A stretch of DNA of 63,299 nucleotides, the filler included, from Reticulomyxa filosa (taxonomy: Eukaryota > Protista > Foraminifera): the NCBI GenBank assembly GCA_000512085.1. It is 23 parts of 23 records of this genome, joined end to end, with 100 filler letters (N's around TTAATTAATTAA, not from the genome) between each part and the next. Parts side by side here need not be neighbours in the genome. Positions count along the whole stretch, not along the records: positions 35,714 to 37,483 come from ASPP01026374.1; positions 37,584 to 44,097 come from ASPP01005933.1; positions 44,198 to 51,700 come from ASPP01003589.1; 20 more parts are not named here. One strand, written 5' to 3'. This document shows, in pieces, positions 37,023 through 50,500 of this stretch. Every line of letters starts with the position of its first letter. Within the stretch, counting starts at the first letter, position 1. The notes under the pieces were generated by a model. The model ran no database searches. It was not told where the DNA came from and was given only the letters and a program-made list of their open reading frames with translations. The position numbers were made by a program, and so were the translations under genes.

Positions 37023-37170
37023 ATGGATCCAGGTGATACCAAAAAAGAAGATATTATTGACATTGACATGGAAAATAACTTTGAAGTCTTATCCTCTTTG
37101 CCAATTTCATTTCGAGATCCCAATGCATGGTTCACAAGTACGAGCTTTTCATTTGTGGGACTTATCCCAA
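37023..37170 (+). pseudogene. Truncated Kelch-family gene start
   Basis: FEVLSSLPISF..(+1)QCMVHKYELFICG parallels FEILTPLPVPLSCIQCVVHNHEIVICGG at 22072. It then runs into AT-rich noncoding DNA. Confidence 0.6.
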
Positions 37171-37583
37171 ACACTATTATCTTTCATAATTTTCAACAAA
37201 ATTTTGAAATTTTTAAAAAAAATTTTAATATTTAACATTACAAGATTAGTAGATATTTTTTTAAAAAAAATTAGGTTTAAATCTTATTTTTTATGAGAAA
37301 ATCGATTTTCTTCATATAGTGCCATTTATGTGGCGGGTTTTTTTTCAATCTACTGTAAGTGTAACATTTAATAATTGAACAATTGAACAATTAACAAATA
37401 ATTGATAATTTATATTTGATAATTGATAATTTGATAAAGACATTTGTATGTTTTTGCTTTCTATTAACTGTATACTACAATTTNNNNNNNNNNNNNNNNN
37501 NNNNNNNNNNNNNNNNNNNNNNNNNNNTTAATTAATTAANNNNNNNNNNNNNNNNNNNNNNNNNNNNNNNNNNNNNNNNNNNN

Positions 37584-38994
37584 AAGAAGAAGAGAATACT
37601 GATGAAAATGAAGAAGAACAAAGTGGTGTGAAAGGATTGAAAGAATTCAACCGATTGAAACGGGATTTGTTAGAAAAGGTCGGAAGTATTCAAAACTGGT
37701 GTTGGAAGCTGCACCGCATTCAACACGACTTGAACGACCAAGTTCAACAAGACAGTCCAAATGTGAGCAGTCCTAGCCATGGCTATGGGGATGATGATGA
37801 TGATGATGATGGCAATAGACACAAGGATATCCATGGGAATATGCGTGGCAATATAAACCATCGGAATCACACAACGAAGTTATCGGCGGTGATGCAACAG
37901 GTGTTTCCTTTCCTCATTGCTATGAGGGATTTGTTCTTTCGAAAGCAAAGTCAGATAGACAATGTTGACGAGTTTGAGTGCGTCCATTGGCTCACGCTGT
38001 TCATTGAATTGTTGCATGCGTGCGAGTTTTTCACGCTGAAGATTGAACAGGATATACACTATGGCAGATACAAAAGTAGTCGCTTTCCGTTTCACAGGTT
38101 TTTCAAACACTTTCCTTTTGCAGAGGAACACTTGACCCGCTTTGGAAAGCACTACGTCTATGGCTTGTTCTTTTGCTGCTCTTCCGTCGCACTACTCACG
38201 TACGGCCCTTGGAAGATCTCGCGTCCGCAATCGTGGTGGGGCTTTGGACCATTTGCTCGTCAACGCGTCATACAGCCTTTGGAAAATGCTTTCCATGGCA
38301 TTCGCGATGGTCTTCAAAATATCAGTGCCAATACCACTGTCGAGCAACACACCCCTATTGACAATGCGTCTTCACAAATCGAAAAAAAACGGTCGAACAC
38401 ATGCTAGTGAACGCTGGATATACCTCTGTGGAAGACTTGAATCATGACTTTGCCAATGAAGTCAAGGCTCCTGTGCGCAATTTCGTGTTCGGACATTTAT
38501 TCCAACATTGGCTTATCCAAATTCAACATTGGAAATATGAAATGGGCCGCATGAAACTCTCACTCGATACAATCAATGCCCAAAATCAAAAATTGTGGGC
38601 GTATGCTTTGGGTATTGTACCACTGTACTGGCTTGGCTATGGAGTTTTTAATACTTTGCAATGGGTAGTGTTGACATGTGCAAATGGGGCTCCTTGGTTC
38701 CGCGGCAGACAAGCTCAACTCTCCAAAGCCAAAATGCGTCGATGGTTACGCGAGCTACATAGTATTGTTGTTAAACATATCGGAAAAACAACCATCAGTA
38801 GCCATGATTGTGGGGTTTTTTTGCAAATTGTCAGAGAGATGAGTGCATCTGGTGTTGAAAATGCCAAAACTAAATTAATCACAGATGAAGAAAATAAGTG
38901 GCTCCAATTTGATTTGAATCATTTGGTCAGCCAGCAATTCACTGTACAACAATCCACTGCTTGGATTCAACGACTGGAAAGATATTACTTGTGA
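37584..38994 (+). CDS. NCA2-like (nuclear control of ATPase 2) protein, 5' truncated, one frameshift
   Basis: RVIQPLENAF, EVKAPVRNFVFGHLFQHWLIQIQHWK...LDTINAQNQ...LGIVP and the C-terminal DLNHL...QRL resemble the NCA2 family. The two ORFs join with +A in the A8 run at about 38382. Confidence 0.65.
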
Positions 38995-39414
38995 AGAGTT
39001 GTCCACAACCTTGTTTTCTTTCGGGTCTCCTTTTTTTTTAATAAACTTCTGCGATGGTTGCAAAAAAAAAAAACACAAAAGATGTGATAAAAATTTGGTC
39101 TTTGAGAATTATGACAAGTTTTATTTCATTTTGGAAACTGTCTTTTGTCTCTTCAAGACCTTTCATCTGCAGCATTTTTCTTTTGGAAAACCTCAATAAT
39201 CGAAGAATATTTTTTGCTCCATGCCACTTCTGTTTTTTTTACTTGCTTTTTGCTATTGATTTGCTCCCTTTTATTTGAAAAGTTGATATATGAATATTCA
39301 TCAATTTTAAATTTGTATAAAAATAGATTAGATGCAGAAGATGCTTATGTCAACACAAAACAATAAAAAATCGTAAACTGAAAGTCGAATAAAACCACGC
39401 AAACAACTTTCAAG

Positions 39415-40849
39415 TTATTTGGATTGGTCAATTGTTGACCATAACGAAACAACATCATTTACATGGCCATAAGCCTCTTCAAATTCTTGGACATTTATGT
39501 TTTCTCTGATATACCAGTCCAAGAATGCTTTTTGTGTATACATTTTGTTGAATTGGTTCGCTATTTTTTGGAAGGGGTGCTTCATGGACGTTTGATTACT
39601 AACCATAATAGCCTTAGAAAAGAGAGAGGGGGACTGTTGATCAACAAATATTTTCAACGCACTACTGTCAGAAAAAATTTTCTTGTTTATTAATTGTTGT
39701 TTGATCTCGTGTTTTGTCTGTTGCAATGTGATACCGTTCTCAAATCCATAATAACCACAAAGCATTCCTAATGACTTGAATGTACTTTTTTTTGGAGCAG
39801 TGATCAACCAGTTATCACTGGACAACAGTTGATCTGTTAGAATCGCTGTACTCTTTTTTTCTTGCTTTTTCTCAGCATCGACCGACAAAGAGCTATGGCT
39901 CAAAGTCAAATATTTAAGTATGGTCGAATGGTTTCGAGATGCGACGCAGTGTTGGTATATTGATTCCAAATCTGTAGTCTGGCAAAGAGTCGTCATTATG
40001 AGAGCAAACAAATCAGGCACAGTAGAGTTACTGGAAATTCGACGACTAATATTTGTTAAGGCCTCTATTTCCAAAAAAAATAATAAAAGAAATATGCAAT
40101 GCCAAGGGATATAACTAAGAATACATCAGCATGTAAACCAAAGTGAGAAAGGAAGTACGTAAAGTACCATAGTCAATTATGAATGATTGATGACACGTTT
40201 GAGACATAGAATGAATGGATAATACCGCGTCATACCATTGGAGATGGCTACTCGATGACGGCAGCATACTGCAACTTGTGCAAAGTACTTTGGGATACAT
40301 TTCGTGCAGCTGAACCATGACAGATGCCCCCAGACCCGATCCCAGGCCTTCTCCTAGGCTATTTATCACGAGGAATGACAATGGTGAACCGTTGGCTTCT
40401 ATTTCTTTTCTCACTAACTCCATGCTTTTCTTTACGTCTGAATTATTAAATGCTACTGGCCACAAAGCCTCTTCATCCAATGTCGTGATCAACCAATTGT
40501 GTTTCTCGATTATTGAGTCCTCCCGCTCCGATATACTGGTTACACAGATACTCCGTGGTGCCCATTCGTCCTTTCTTCTTTCTGTGTCTTTCACTGGCAC
40601 GAAGTAATCTTGCAAATAGTTGTTCAATTTATCTTGGATCGCATTGCTAACGCCGTTTCTATTTATCATCTGTTTCCAAAGCGGAGTTCCCAAGTCGCGT
40701 CCGATTTCCCCGAGCTGTAGACTTATGCAACTTCGGTGAACAAAAAATTTTTCAATCAGGTGGATGATATCTTGAGGGACAGACACATTATCTTTCTGCA
40801 TTTGTCTGCAGTAGTACATGACCAACATTTCACTTTTTACTTTTGACAT
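39415..40849 (-). CDS. Highly divergent tubulin-superfamily protein (beta-like C-terminus), 443 aa, 2 exons
   Basis: CISLQLG, WAPRSICV, NSLGEGLGSGLG, YDAVLSIHSM, DY|EAL across the intron at 40065-40167, and SNQTSM..F..IANQFNKMYTQKAFLDWY...EFEEA..VND. Confidence 0.85.
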
Positions 40850-41115
40850 ATTTCGTCGATATATTATTTAGAGGTAAAATAAAGCGATTTTCAATCAAAT
40901 TTTTTCTACTGCTTTGAGCCACCTTTTTCAAAGTTGAGCCAAAGTCTAAAGATGTATCTTTTTCTTCAGGTACAATGTGGTATCTGGCAAGAGCATCAAA
41001 GCTAAAACATAGAATTGCAGTCGTTTTGAGCGAGGAAAGATCAAACAATTTTTACTGCAAAAAAAGCAGACCTATTTGTTTTAAAGGTTTTGAATTTTGA
41101 CAATCAGTGCAAACC

Positions 41116-41645
41116 ATGGGCAGTATTCCATCAAATGTGGCAAATGAAGTGGCAAAAAGCATGTCCACAAACATGTCTAAGACCATGGAAGAAAACTCTC
41201 AACGTGCGGAGTAGTTCTTAGTCGGTCATACTTTTTGTTTTTCTTTTTAGAGCATGCATCCTAACAATACACTTCAGGAATGATTGAAAATCAAAAGCGA
41301 CTGGCAATGCAGCGCCGAGAAACGCAAATGGCTGTACAAACTGCATTTCGTCGAGACTTATTCTGGTGGTACACAAGCTTCACTTGCACAGTAGCAGGAA
41401 TGGGAACAATTGCATTTTTCAAGAAAGGTACACCAGTTGGCTTGATTCCGATGGTGCCTCTCTCGTTTCTTTGTGCATATCAATGGGATGGAGCGTACGG
41501 GAGTAAATTCAAACGCATACGTGCAGAGGCATCAAAAATTTTGGATGAAGAATGGAGAAAGGGAGAGGATAACAGATTTTTATTGCCAGATCATAACCTT
41601 CTTGTGTCTAGGGAAAAATATGATGAATACACAAAACGTACATGA
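41116..41645 (+). CDS. Plasminogen receptor KT (PLGRKT/DUF2368)-like membrane protein, 2 exons
   Basis: QKRLAMQRRETQMAVQTAFRRD.F.W and PMVPLSFLCAYQWDGAYGSKFKRIRAEA..ILDEE. Confidence 0.8.
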
Positions 41646-41995
41646 CAAATGGTTTAATGTACGACTTCATTTGGGATACCCTTAAGATCTTCAAAATTTT
41701 GTTTAATTTTCTACGAGTGTCTTCAAGCAAATAACACCTGTTTCTTGCTTTATCAAGCGTTTCTTTTTTTAATGTGACAAGATATGGATACCCTCCTCAT
41801 TTATCTCATGTAAATTTCTGTAAGACGCTTGGACGCTTTTTGTAATTGAGTAACCACATGTCTCACTAAATTATCAACAACATGTTAATTCTGCTCCAGT
41901 AAAACTAAACAAAAAAGAATGAGCGTCGACGTCAAAAAAAATCTTTTTAGATATCGTGAGGTTCACAATTTACATATTCGCCGATATTTATAGGA

Positions 41996-43042
<1,047 letters not shown>

Positions 43043-43936
43043 ACGTCAGATCACTATTGTTAGTTGTCGTGCTGGGGTGTTGTGTCTTTTTTTTTGTGCT
43101 TGCTTTGTTTGTTTTGCACTGTGGCGCATATTAAATGTAACACTAGGTGACAACAGAAAGATATAACTTTTTGTCCTGAAAGCAAACAAAAACGCACGAA
43201 AATTTCAAATTAACTCTTCTAACGCAAAATATATTTATTTGTTTGAATTGTCTTGTTTAAGTATTCTTTTTGTATCACTTTCCCTGATTAAATGATTTGA
43301 ATTACTGAGCCTTATTCAAATGATTTTCTCACTGAAAATTTTGAAGTAAAAATCATTTTTTTACTTTCATTGCCCGCTTGGTTGTGTAAAAAAAACTATG
43401 GTTGAAGAATATTTTTGTTATGGACGGTCGAGGAGAGATGTCTACTCAAATGGTTATACCACAAACAATGTCAGTGATAAAGCTATACTTGAAATTGAGA
43501 GAAATTGAAATTTATTAAGATATACAAACATAAAAAAACATTTCATGATATATCTGTCACAAGCACCATTCAATGGTTGCACTGAAAAACACAACCATGA
43601 TGTTGGTATGACAAATATAAATGCTTCTTTCTTTATCAAAGCATTTATTACATTATGTTGTAGAAAAGACTGAATACTAAAATAACACCTTATGAGATGA
43701 TCTTTTTTGTCCATAAAAAACAAACACTTGAACTAATTTTTCAAAAATCTAATATTGTAATCTTCTTAGAACGAATTTCTATCGACTTGAAGATAATTTT
43801 ATGTAATTAAATTGTATAAATAAATTTGAATGAATAGTTTAAAATACTTGACACTTCCCAATTACAATCAATCAAAAAATAAATATGATAATAACATTTC
43901 AGTGATGGAATTGATATCTCTTTAAAAAGGTGTAGG

Positions 43937-44097
43937 ACAAGCCCCTATTATACGTGGCTGAACTCTTACGGAACTGATGAGCTCCCTTTGGGTTAAACTT
44001 CTCCACAAACTTTCTTCACTTCTTGTTTTGGTCTTTCTTTACTTATTGAGTTATTCATTTTGGTTATTTAGTGTACTTTGTTTTACTGAAAGCCACT
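43937..44097 (+). repeat. Dispersed repeat family A, copy 2 (cut by contig end)
   Basis: Colinear with the reverse complement of 16064-16224. Confidence 0.85.
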
Positions 44098-45444
44098 NNN
44101 NNNNNNNNNNNNNNNNNNNNNNNNNNNNNNNNNNNNNNNNNTTAATTAATTAANNNNNNNNNNNNNNNNNNNNNNNNNNNNNNNNNNNNNNNNNNNNTGC
44201 CATTTAGGTATGGCGGTTTTTTTTGCAATATACTGTATATAATTATGACTTATATATATTATTTTATTATAACATATATGTACATATACATATATAAATA
44301 TATATGTATATATAGTAGATAAATTAGTCGTTAAAATATAATTTCCATTTATATAATACAAAATACACTTGTAATATAAAATTAATGAATATTTCTTGTT
44401 TGAATATCACATAACGATATTACACAAATGGATCTGTTAACTTATTCAAAGTTTGAAAAATTTAATTGTTCATATTGTCAATGAGTAATCATTTAAAAAA
44501 AAAGACTAGGAAAACAAAAATTATAATAAGATTACAATATCATGATTATAGCTGAAAAACAGCACAAATTTCGTAAAAATTTAAATAAATTGTTTTTATA
44601 ATTGCAATTTTTAAAGCAGCTACACATAAAATGGAACTTTATGAAGATGATTTATTTTCAATGAAAAAACAATATTTAATCAATTTTTTTTAATTAAAGA
44701 AAAACATTTGTAAATAGTGTAGTTCAATTTTTTATTTTATCTTTCAAAAAATAAAATGAAAAATTTCAATTTTTTTCAAAAATTTCGAACTTTTCGAGAA
44801 AGTTGACAATCACATTTTTTTTTCGTTTTTTAAGTTTCTTTATTCTGGTTCACACTCACTTCACTAATCAGTCTTTTGCTTGTTATTTTTTTCTCGTTAT
44901 TTAACAAATTTCGTTTTGTTGAACTTTTCGTATTACACTTTGTGCACACCCGTAGTCATGAAATTTTTTAAGCATTTTCGTAAAATATTTTCATTTTTTT
45001 AGAGATATTTTATAAAGTTTATCGATATTTTTTTTAGTGTTTTCATGTTTTTTTATTTATAAAAAGCACAATTAAGATAATTATGTCCACAGTTTTCATT
45101 TAGCACTACTCCAAACAAAAAATTATTTATCGTTCCAATGTTCCATAATTTTCAATATTTTTTTTTATTATTTTTAAAAACCGGGAAAAAAACTGACTAT
45201 AATTTTTTAAAAAGATTTTCCAAAGGATTCTTGTTGTTCCCTTGGTGTTTGAGTTTCTTTTTCCTGAGAATTTTCTTCCATTTATTTATCAGTTTTGAAA
45301 ACAAGGTAATTTTTATTTGTGTTAGTTGTATATTTATTAAGTTTATTTTGGTTGACTAATGTCCTTGAAAAATTCGTTTTTTATTTTTTTTTCCTGTCGT
45401 TTTTTGTTCTTGAAAGAAAAAAAAATGTGTGTTTGGACAAAAAG

Positions 45445-46287
45445 ATGAAAAATGGGAACGTTGCTGAAAAAGTCACGAACAAAGCAGCAATAATATTGGA
45501 AACAAAGGCATTTGAATTTTTGAGCGCAAAGGATGTGGCAAAGACGTTGGCATTAGTGTGTCGCGAATATTGCCACCGAATAAAGGGAAACACGAATTTG
45601 ACAATGAAACTGATAAGTTATGACTTTGGGGAGATCTTTGACAAATATGATGGACTAAAAAAGCAATTGCTGAGTCATGAAATCAACAGTTTACAGTGCA
45701 TACGACTTTTGTATTCGCAATTCGAGACATTGCACGATCTCAAAGTACCTAATTATAACTTGGCGTCAGTTCTCAACGCACCTTTGACAAAACACTCCCA
45801 CTTAGCAACAAAGGAAACAACAGAAGTGGAGAGCGAAAGTGCGGATAAGGAGAACATGAGTTTTGTTTTGAATAAGCCAAGGGCAACCAATCAAAAAACA
45901 GCTGAGGTTGCAGCAACGCAATGGGATTTCACGCACTTGATTGGCTTGAAAACATCGGGTTGCATACTGCATTGGTTGTCGTATGTTCAAAAGCTTTATT
46001 CAGTGTCTGGGCAATGTGGGATCCCTTGCGAACTCACGTGCGATAGCAATGGCATTGTCCAAATCCAACCCGTGGATTGTTCAAAGTACAGCAGCAGTGA
46101 TGACATTGCCGACGACAGCGAGAAAACCTTTGTCGATGAAGATGAAGTCATTGCAAAATCACAGAAAAAAATTGTGTTGTCTTGTGCTTTGGATTTGTGG
46201 AATTTGTGTTGGAAAAAAGGATTTACTTCAAAAGAATTGGCCAAATTGCAACAAGGATTGACACTGTTTGAGTTTCGTCGTTGGTAA
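45445..46287 (+). CDS. F-box-like protein
   Basis: ILETKAFEFLSAKDVAKTLALVCREY matches the F-box pattern F.FL...D....L..VCR.W. Single open frame. Confidence 0.5.
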   Translation: MKNGNVAEKVTNKAAIILETKAFEFLSAKDVAKTLALVCREYCHRIKGNTNLTMKLISYDFGEIFDKYDGLKKQLLSHEINSLQCIRLLYSQFETLHDLKVPNYNLASVLNAPLTKHSHLATKETTEVESESADKENMSFVLNKPRATNQKTAEVAATQWDFTHLIGLKTSGCILHWLSYVQKLYSVSGQCGIPCELTCDSNGIVQIQPVDCSKYSSSDDIADDSEKTFVDEDEVIAKSQKKIVLSCALDLWNLCWKKGFTSKELAKLQQGLTLFEFRRW

Positions 46288-46877
46288 GGCTTTGGTTGAT
46301 GATTTTTTTTTTAGTCTATTTTTTTTTTTTGGTTTTGTTTTTTGAGAACACAAACATTAGAGCCGTTTTGTTCCTTTTTCGGGCTTAGCTCTCTTTTCTT
46401 TATTTTTTTACATACTTTTACTTTTTATTTTTTTTTGGATACTTTGGCGTTTTTTCTTGTCTGATTGAATTTAATCCTTCTATTTCCTAGGACTCAACAA
46501 ATGTTATTGACGAAAAATTAGATGTTGTCTTTTTTTCTGTTTTGCTGCAAGTTTATCCATATACACTTTTTTCAAAAATTGCCATTAACACATTCTCAAT
46601 AAATTTATATAACGAGTGACCTCATTGGAATTAAAATTAAAAAGCGAGAAAGTTCACAAACATAGTGCGGAGAAATATACTGACGTACTCAAAATCAGGA
46701 TAAAAACAGAATTTAATGTGTTGTATTAAACTGATTTCAATTCATTAACATTAAAAACAGTTTCAGAAATGTTTTGGATTCTTTCTCTTTCCTTATTTAT
46801 AATTGGATATGAATTATGTTAAGAACATTTTAAAAAACATTGCAAAATAAGCCATGTAACGTCAGAAACGATTCAAA

Positions 46878-49426
46878 ATGAGTGCTCTCCTTCTGAAAAA
46901 GAAAAATAACAAAGCTGTCATAATGAGTTCTGGAAAACCGGCATATTTCGCACAATATATCCAACAAAATATTCAAGACCCGTTGGAAAAAGCTTTAACA
47001 GAGGCGGCCATTTGTCAACCTTCTGATCCTATCGAATTTATTGCTCAATTCCTTTTAAAGATTGTTAAAAGCGATTTTAAAAAGAAACAGGTGCGTATAT
47101 AGCAACTGACTTGGTAAACCGGCCATTTTCTTTCTTGGGCGTAACTTTTTTCTTTTGTCACAGACACAAGAAACTCAACGGAAATGGTCTGAAGAAGATG
47201 ATCAATTGCAACATTTCCTTGAACAGAAAAAAGAAAGAGAAAAGCAAAAAGAAATTGAAACTAGCACATCAATTCAAAGAGAAAATGAATTTTTTCAAAA
47301 TTTAGACCAGTTAGGTGTCAGTTTTTGTTTGGTTTTTTGAAATTCTTTTCTTCAAGTTTTCATTTAGAATTAAATAAACACAATAAAGAAATGAAGTAAA
47401 ATTACAAGCAATACAGCAATGGGTAAATTTTGTGGGAACAAAGTTCAATTGCAATGTTTACATAGCCCAAAAAGAAATATTCAAAGTTTTGTAAAAAAAA
47501 AAGACACATTAAGACAACATGTTAAGACATGAAGGTTTTCTACAGAATGTCGTTTTGGAGAACGTAGAAGAAAATGTGGACGAAAACCAGCCGGGAGAAG
47601 TAGAAGGATTAATATATAACGTTGTTTCGGAAGGAAAAGGGCAAGAGTTTATTCTTGATCAAGTTTTGATCAGTAAATCTCGCAAATTCCCTTTGGCCAC
47701 ATTGGATTTATTCCAAGTTTAGTGCTTTTGTTGTAAATTGTCTCTTAGATGTAATTCATTGGCATGACTGCTTTAAATTTACAAAGAGCCCTGCCCCAGA
47801 CAAAAATGAAAACAACGATCAAGAGCAAGACAAAACTGTGAAAATCGAAAACGCATTGACAGCAAGAAAAAAAGAAAATGTGTTCATGTTGACAACGTAT
47901 TACTCCCAGGAATTTATTCTAATAGATTGCAATTTTTTAAATATCCAAAAGTTGGTTCGTACTTAGCTTTTGAAGTAGTGATTCCAACATTCTTGCACCA
48001 CGAAGCTTTGCAACAAAAAAGTACATGACCTTGCACTTTTTTTTTTTTTTTTTTTTTGCATTTACGTCTGTGTAGGTGCCATTATTGTCATTATCAACGA
48101 GGCAAATTTTGTCAAAATGAAATGCAAAAAAGAATATTTCTTTATTGTTTTTTTTTTTTTTTTTTAAATGTATGGGGTATATGAAAAGTACGTAATGAGT
48201 GGCCTGCTCCTGCTCCTCAAGTAACCGAAGAAAAAAAACAAGAGGAAACAACTGCTACTGAAGTAGTCGAAGAAAACACGGAAGTGAAAGCAACAGATGA
48301 CCCAAATCAACAGACGGATAGTACGAAAGAGGAGCCTCTGCCTCCGGACCCAAAGCCTGTAGAAATGCGACTTGTCGCGTGCCTAGACACTTTAGGAACG
48401 TCAGAGCATTTCACTAAGTCACAAGTATGGAATATAAGAGGTTATAATTTAAAATAAATTAAAATGCTTTTTTTTTTTTTTTTTTGCAAATTGGACGGAA
48501 TAAAAAAGATTGCATGGGTCGATGAGAGCATTACCAAGTTGGAAAATGCTTTAATGAAAATTGATATAAAAGAATACTTACAACAAAGACAATTTATTGT
48601 TCAATTTGGAAATGAAATACAAGAATTTACTAAAAATCAAGAAAATTTAAACAAAGAATTTGAAAGTTGTTTTATTCTTTTTTTTTTTTTTGGCAAAATA
48701 GGTTCATATTTGCAGATGTTTTTAATTGTTGGGACAGATATAACGACACAAAATGCTTCAATGGGAGAAGAGATGGTTGAATTCAAGAAAAACCAGCTGT
48801 TAAGTTCATTTGTTCAATTTTATTAGCCTGTCTATACTGTCAACGTATTATAATTTTTAAAAATGCTTGATATGTTGTCAAGCGAGATGAAGTTGTGCCA
48901 CGGCATGTGCAAACTGCTTTCGAGTCACGCCTCAATTCCGAAGCAAGTTTTGCCAATAATTGTGTTAGTGATGATGTTATTGCCAAACTTCAATTTTCGC
49001 AAGGAACACTTGGATATTATAAGTCTTCGACAATGGCAACAATTAACTCAAGTAAAGTCTTTTTTTTAAAACTTAAAGTTCATATCCTTGTACAACAAAT
49101 CACTACGAGACAAATATATTTCTTTTCCTTCAAAGGAGCTCAAACTTATTCCACTGGAAAAAATTGTTGATTTCGATTGTGAAAAGCAGAGCTTTGATCA
49201 TACTTGGTTGTTATCGGTGATTGATAAGGTTGATCCCGGAGCTATGAAAGAAGGCATCGATTTGCTTTTTGCCAAAATGGCTAAGTTTGTTTCTTCAGGA
49301 TGCAAATTAAAAGGCGCATTGCTTGAAAAAAGCAAACAAAAAATAGAGGAAAGCAAACAAATAGAAGAAAACAGCCAAAAAATAGAAGAAAGCAACCAAC
49401 CTATTACTGAAAAGCCAAAAGAATAA
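46878..49426 (+). CDS. Multi-exon protein with N-terminal Dpy-30/RIIa-type docking motif and coiled coil (possibly axonemal)
   Basis: YIQQNIQDPLEKALTEAAICQPSDPIEFIAQFLLK is a Dpy-30 motif. Successive exons with GT-AG introns lead to a stop at 49426; exon chaining was not fully verified. Confidence 0.6.
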
Positions 49427-49799
49427 ATCCGTACTCTTTTCAATTTCCTTCTCTTCTGCACTTGTAGTGTAAAATGAATGAGTCGATACAATTTAAATGA
49501 AAATTTAAATTAAAATGTTAGCTTTTTTACTTTTAAAAACATCTGGTTCATTTTTTAATTGTTTGTCTCTTTTATCTTTTAAAATTGAATTTTCTTCAAA
49601 CAAATTTTATAATTTTTAACACAATAAAAATGTTCAATAAAGTCATTTAGTGATTAAACAATTGTGTGATCAGCGCACAGCTAAAAAAACCCTTTGTTCT
49701 GAGTTGAAGAAATTAGTCGTAACAAATCTCTTGTCAACTTCTAAAAAAACGTGTAGATATTTTTAGCCCCTTAGCTTTCATTTTGGTTAAAAAAAAACA

Positions 49800-50447
49800 A
49801 TGAATTTGAACGGGACGTTTACTCCAGTGCCAAAACATGTAACACCAATTCAAACCGCCACAACACACTTTGACTTGGAAGAGTATGAAGAATTTGAGAT
49901 TGAGAAAATGGAAGAAGAAAAAACTAAAAACGTGGAACCATCAGAGTCAGGGAACAGAAATAGTAACAAATATCAGCAAAAGCATGAAGACTACATGGCC
50001 CAATTCCAAAGTAAAATAGAGCGGAAGTATTTTCCACCAGAAGAGCTATATGGCAAGTATCGTTTTTTGCGTTACTTGGGTTGTGGAGCGTATGGGCATG
50101 TAGCGGAAGGAGTAGCCTGCACTGGCAAATCAAAGAAATCTTCGTCCCATGTATCCAACGGCATTATAGCTCAGTCAGTCAGCACTACAAAAGTTGTTGA
50201 AAGTAGCAATAACAATAACAATAACAACGACAACAACAACAACAATAGTTCATGTGACCCACCACAAATCCATGTAGCAATCAAAAAAATGTCTCATATT
50301 TTTCAACACGTGGTCGATACCAAAAGGATTCTTCGGGAAATACGTATACTGCGAATTTTGCAAAACCACCCTTCGATTGTGAAAATAATAGACGTATTGC
50401 CAAGCGTGCACAATAGCAATAATAAAAATAAAAATAAAAATGCTAAT

Positions 50448-50500
<53 letters not shown>

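Noticed and set aside
10105-40849. TBCD and the divergent tubulin as a linked module
   Set aside because: They are on different contigs, with no evidence of linkage.
45319-45444. Hydrophobic N-terminal extension of the 322-aa ORF
   Set aside because: It begins at a non-ATG codon in T-rich upstream DNA; the ATG at 45445 is the more plausible start.
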